A DNA stretch of 64,000 bases. Source: an uncultured Desulfospira sp. (GTDB lineage: Bacteria; Desulfobacterota; Desulfobacteria; Desulfobacterales; Desulfobacteraceae). Positions 60,179 through 64,000 of this stretch are shown here, in pieces (position 1 is the stretch's first letter; each line of letters begins with the position of its first letter). The position numbers and the translations under genes are program-made. The DNA is taken from contig OY760175.1 of NCBI GenBank assembly GCA_963663165.1, positions 3,264,001 through 3,328,000 on the forward strand, read 5' to 3'. Below the pieces are notes generated by a model that saw nothing but the letters and a program-made list of their open reading frames with translations, made no database searches and had not been told where the DNA came from.

Positions 60179-63100
60179 ATGGGGACCATTGAGGAACATT
60201 TTTATGCCATAGACAAAGAGAGCCGGGAAATCGGCCTGTTTACCTGTCTTATCCCGCCGCCGGTTTCTTTGGATGCCCTGTGCTTTATCACACAATACTC
60301 GCCGGTAAAGACCCTCCAGGTGGTTGAAGGATTTGTCAAAACGGGCCATCTGCTCAGGGATGACGAAAAGGGGGCGGGATATTATTGCCTTTCGGACGTT
60401 AAGCGCGCACCGGCATGGGTTGGGCAGTTTCCACCCGAAGAACTGGCCCTGGCCGTCGACAAAGCTGTCAAGGGCCTGTGCCGCTATTATCCGGACGGGG
60501 CCAAGCGATGGCTGGGCCTGGCCAATGTCTATCAGGTCTCGGGCCTGCCGGTGCGCCATTTCAAAGAACTGATCCATGCCGGCCATTACTGCACCGAATT
60601 AAACCTTCCCGCCGAGGCCGCCGTTTATTACCAGATGGCTTTGGAAGGCATGCTCGAAGCCCGGACCCAACTGGATCCAGCGGAAAAAGAAGCGTTTATA
60701 GACGGGGCCATCGGTGTCTGTACATGCAAAGACTCGGCCTTGTCCCCATATGTTCAACGCCGTTTTCTGGGGCAGGCGTTAATGTTCTGCCGAGGCCGGT
60801 CCGAACCTGCCAGGGAAATCCGGCTGCGGACAATGGTTGCCAAGACTTATATCAAGACCGACGAGTCAGATGAAGCCGCAAGGCAGCTTAAACAGGCCTG
60901 GGATATGCTCGAAAACGCTGAGCTGTCCCATGAACTCAAGATTCAGGTGGCCCTGGCCTATTCCGAACTGCTGTTCTGGAAAGGCTTTGTTACCAGGGCC
61001 ATTGAACGGTACGAGTCAGTGATCACCGACCATGAACAGCTGCCCAATGACGTGGAGACCCTTAAAGGGTGTATCCGCCTTGGCTGGACTTACGGGGTGG
61101 CCGGTGAAACCGCCCGGGGGCTGGGGCTGATCAGAACCGTCCGGAACAAAGCCAGGGAGCTTGGCGCCAAAACCCTTGAACTTTACGCCACCTTATATAT
61201 GGTGATCCTGCTGTCCGATGCCGGAAGGATTGAGGAAGGAGAGGTCTTTCTTGATGAGGTTTTTCAGGCCCCTGAAGACCAGCTCGATAATTATATTCGC
61301 TGGCCCGGCAACGGGAAACGGGCCTTTTTTGCCTATTGCCGGGGGGATTATGAAAAATCCTTCTACTATCTGGGCCAGGCCTGGGAAAATTCCAAGGCCC
61401 TTGAAACCCCCCACCAGCGGGGGCCGGACAACCTTGAATTCATGCTGGGCTTGGAAGAGCTGGGCATGGTTCACCCCGAGTGGAATTTTGATACGGAAAT
61501 TGAGCGGCTGCTCAACTGGCCGGATATTTATATGAAGGGGGTGGGGTACCGGTTCCGTGCCCTGAAATCCTACCGGCACCACGGCCCTTCAGACTCAGTC
61601 AAGGACGATCTGAAAAAAAGCCTGGTGCTGCTGACCCGGGCCGGTGCCAAAATTGAGCTGTCCCATGCCCAGGTGCTGATGGCCAGGGTCCGGCTCGGTG
61701 AAAAGAATATCCAGGCCGCTGAAAAACTGCTTAAAAGCGCCTGGGAGGTGTTTTCCAAAGTCAATCCCAAGCTGATGCCCCAGGACCTTCAGACCTATCT
61801 TGATCCGGCATCCAAAAATGCGCTGTGGGTGGATTCCCTGTTGCAGGTGGGCGATGCGTTGGGGAGCATCCGGACCCGGCGGGAGCTTTTGGGGCAGATC
61901 ATCAAGCAGGCCATGCGGCTTGCCGGGGCTGAAAGGGGGGCTATCTTTCTTCAGCAGGGCCGGGACCTGGAAATTGTGGCCACACGGAATATCGAGACCC
62001 GTGAAATTTCCTCTAATCATTTCAGCCTCCAGATGAAGGTCATCAAAAATGTATTTAAAACCGGCAGTGAAATTATCCGAAAGGCAAGTCTGATCCAGCT
62101 GGCCAAGAACATCAACCAGAGTCCTTCCGGGTGGACCGGATGTTTCCCCATTCAGCTCAAGGCCCGGACCTTGGGGGTTCTGTTCATGGACTGCGGCCTG
62201 ACACGGCTGCAGCTGCCCGACGATGAGGTCTCCTTGTTGAGGATCATCTGCAACCAGGCGGCCGTGGCCCTTGCCAACCTGGAAGCCTATGAGGAAATCC
62301 TTGACCTGAACAATGAACTGGAGGCGGAAACCCTGTCATACCGGGCACCCATTGAGCCGGGCCTGGTCCATACAAAGATGATCGGCCGAACCCCGCCTTT
62401 TGAAAAAATGCTGGGATTGATCCGCCAGGTGGCCGGGTCGGATTCCACCGTGATGATTACCGGGGAGACTGGCGTGGGAAAGGATTTGGTGGCCCAGGCC
62501 ATTCACCGCCACAGCAAGCGGTCGGGCGGCCCGTTTATTGCCGTCAATGTGGTCTCGCTGAGCCCGGAGCTCATCGCAAGCGAACTGTTCGGCCATGAAA
62601 AAGGGGCCTTTACCGGCGCATCCGGCACCCGGAAGGGCCGGTTTGAACTGGCCAGTGACGGCACCCTTTTCCTGGATGATATTGACGCCTTTTCCCTGGA
62701 TATCCAGGCCAAGATGCTGCGGGTGCTGGAAGCCAGGGAATTTGAGCGGGTTGGCGGGACCCGGACCTTAAAGACCCGCTTCCGTCTGGTGGCGGCCAGC
62801 AACCGGAATATAGAAGACCTGGTGGATCAAGGCCTTTTCCGGTCAGACTTTTACTTCCGGCTCAATGTTTTTCCCATCCGGGTCCCCCCCTTACGGGAGC
62901 GAAAGGATGACATTCCGCTGCTGGGCCGGTATTTTATGGATAAATTCTGCCGGAAATTCGAAAAAAAATTTGACCAGATTTCCAGAAAAGACCTTGAAAT
63001 GCTGATGAATTACCACTGGCCGGGCAATATCCGGGAGCTGCGCCATGTCATTGAGCGGGCCGTCCTGCTCAGCAGCAACGGGCGCCTGGTCATCCCGCCC

Positions 63101-63322
63101 CTGGACGGCTCCTGCGCCCCTTCCACCTGCGTTGAAGAGAGCAGAATCCTGCCGTTAAAGCAGATGGAGACCCAGCATATTCTGGCGGCCCTGTCCAGAT
63201 GCCGCGGCAAGGTCAGCGGTCCCAGCGGGGCGGCTGAGCTGCTTGAAATCAAGCCCACCACCCTGCATTCCAAAATGAAGCGGCTGGGCATCAAACGGGA
63301 CACCTTTCAGGTCGAAGCATAA
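60179..63322 (+). CDS. Large sigma-54 enhancer-binding protein (helical/TPR-like region, GAF, AAA+, HTH)
   Basis: GETGVGKD, GHEKGAFTGA, WPGNIREL, GAAELL..PTTLHSKM. Confidence 0.93.
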   Translation: MGTIEEHFYAIDKESREIGLFTCLIPPPVSLDALCFITQYSPVKTLQVVEGFVKTGHLLRDDEKGAGYYCLSDVKRAPAWVGQFPPEELALAVDKAVKGLCRYYPDGAKRWLGLANVYQVSGLPVRHFKELIHAGHYCTELNLPAEAAVYYQMALEGMLEARTQLDPAEKEAFIDGAIGVCTCKDSALSPYVQRRFLGQALMFCRGRSEPAREIRLRTMVAKTYIKTDESDEAARQLKQAWDMLENAELSHELKIQVALAYSELLFWKGFVTRAIERYESVITDHEQLPNDVETLKGCIRLGWTYGVAGETARGLGLIRTVRNKARELGAKTLELYATLYMVILLSDAGRIEEGEVFLDEVFQAPEDQLDNYIRWPGNGKRAFFAYCRGDYEKSFYYLGQAWENSKALETPHQRGPDNLEFMLGLEELGMVHPEWNFDTEIERLLNWPDIYMKGVGYRFRALKSYRHHGPSDSVKDDLKKSLVLLTRAGAKIELSHAQVLMARVRLGEKNIQAAEKLLKSAWEVFSKVNPKLMPQDLQTYLDPASKNALWVDSLLQVGDALGSIRTRRELLGQIIKQAMRLAGAERGAIFLQQGRDLEIVATRNIETREISSNHFSLQMKVIKNVFKTGSEIIRKASLIQLAKNINQSPSGWTGCFPIQLKARTLGVLFMDCGLTRLQLPDDEVSLLRIICNQAAVALANLEAYEEILDLNNELEAETLSYRAPIEPGLVHTKMIGRTPPFEKMLGLIRQVAGSDSTVMITGETGVGKDLVAQAIHRHSKRSGGPFIAVNVVSLSPELIASELFGHEKGAFTGASGTRKGRFELASDGTLFLDDIDAFSLDIQAKMLRVLEAREFERVGGTRTLKTRFRLVAASNRNIEDLVDQGLFRSDFYFRLNVFPIRVPPLRERKDDIPLLGRYFMDKFCRKFEKKFDQISRKDLEMLMNYHWPGNIRELRHVIERAVLLSSNGRLVIPPLDGSCAPSTCVEESRILPLKQMETQHILAALSRCRGKVSGPSGAAELLEIKPTTLHSKMKRLGIKRDTFQVEA

Positions 63323-63436
63323 AAATTCACGAAATAAAGTAACTTCACGAATTAATGGCAATACCGGCACCCATATCTTTTCGCCACTTATTCTGTAACC
63401 ATTCAATATTAAAAGTTATTTTTTTATTTTTAAAAC

Positions 63437-63452
63437 TGGCACGGGTCTTGCT
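63437..63452 (+). promoter_or_regulatory. Consensus sigma-54 promoter
   Basis: TGGCACGGGTCTTGCT. Direct repeat TTCACGAA twice at about 63326-63351 as candidate UAS. Confidence 0.85.
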
Positions 63453-63562
63453 CATACCAAGGGGCAGTTGGGTTGAGTGTTTTTGTTGAGTGTTTTTTTA
63501 TTAATCGTACATCGGACAGGATAGCCTGCCGGTTACACCAAATAAGTATGGAGGAAAGTTGA

Positions 63563-64000
63563 ATGGAGACTCATAAACCACCCTTAAAAAAATCCGTTAT
63601 CAATTTGTACGGATTGCCGTCGTTCGGGTTTAACCTTTTTGTCAGCATGGAAATCTTTTTCTTTGCTGCGTTTCTGACTGATTTTGCAAAAATTCCTGTG
63701 GCCATGGCCGGGACAGTGCTCATGATCACCAGTATTTTTGATATTGTCTGGGTGCCCACGGCAGGGGTGATCATCGAAAAAAGCAACATGCGCTGGGGCC
63801 GTTACCGTTCCTGGCTGCTCATCGGCCCGCCACTGGCCACACTCTTCTTCATCCTGCAATTCTCTAAAATCGGTGACCCCACCATGAACGCCGTCTTGAT
63901 TTGCGTGGGCTTCATCGTTTCTCACCTGATCTGGAACATTTTTTATGCCTCCCATATCGCAATGAACAACTCCCTGACCACTATCCGGGAGGAGCGAATC
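63563..64000 (+). CDS. GPH (MelB-like) MFS transporter, N-terminal part
   Basis: METHKPP..FLTDFAKIP..IFDIVWVPTAGVIIEKSNMRWGRYRSWLL; GGAGG RBS. Confidence 0.88.
   Translation, partial: METHKPPLKKSVINLYGLPSFGFNLFVSMEIFFFAAFLTDFAKIPVAMAGTVLMITSIFDIVWVPTAGVIIEKSNMRWGRYRSWLLIGPPLATLFFILQFSKIGDPTMNAVLICVGFIVSHLIWNIFYASHIAMNNSLTTIREERI

Noticed and set aside
59969..60586. 205-aa minus-strand ORF (also 1518..1877) ending VTVQQCPIFAHSGLLT
   Set aside because: These are shadow ORFs reading into MITE sequence, antisense to real genes.

Overview
Bacterial chromosomal window. Gene content (many sigma-54 systems, PAS/hybrid kinases with a KPTYEELE N-terminus, NuoG-like Fe-S protein) suggests a sulfate-reducing Desulfobacteraceae-like organism; this is an inference. 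No rRNA, tRNA or CRISPR array was seen. The main uncharacterised element is a sigma-54-driven three-gene operon of about 12.8 kb (2982-15743) encoding very large, acidic, Cys-containing secreted proteins. The first has a beta / long-helical / beta layout, the second has FN3-like repeats, and the third has TSP3, PKD and dockerin-like segments. It is a candidate undescribed cell-surface assembly. A 152-bp non-autonomous MITE is present in four copies, each with an 8-bp target-site duplication, plus one orphan end. One copy splits a histidine kinase and another splits the endonuclease of a DUF1156-type restriction-modification pair, whose methylase is separately frameshifted by a tandem duplication in motif I. 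The window also holds an orphan TssB/TssC-like sheath fusion, REP-like palindromes, heptamer-repeat hairpins, and ordinary operons (codA with a nucleoside ABC transporter, proVWX, azlCD-trmB, phoA-yibE/F, a two-component/DASS cluster).
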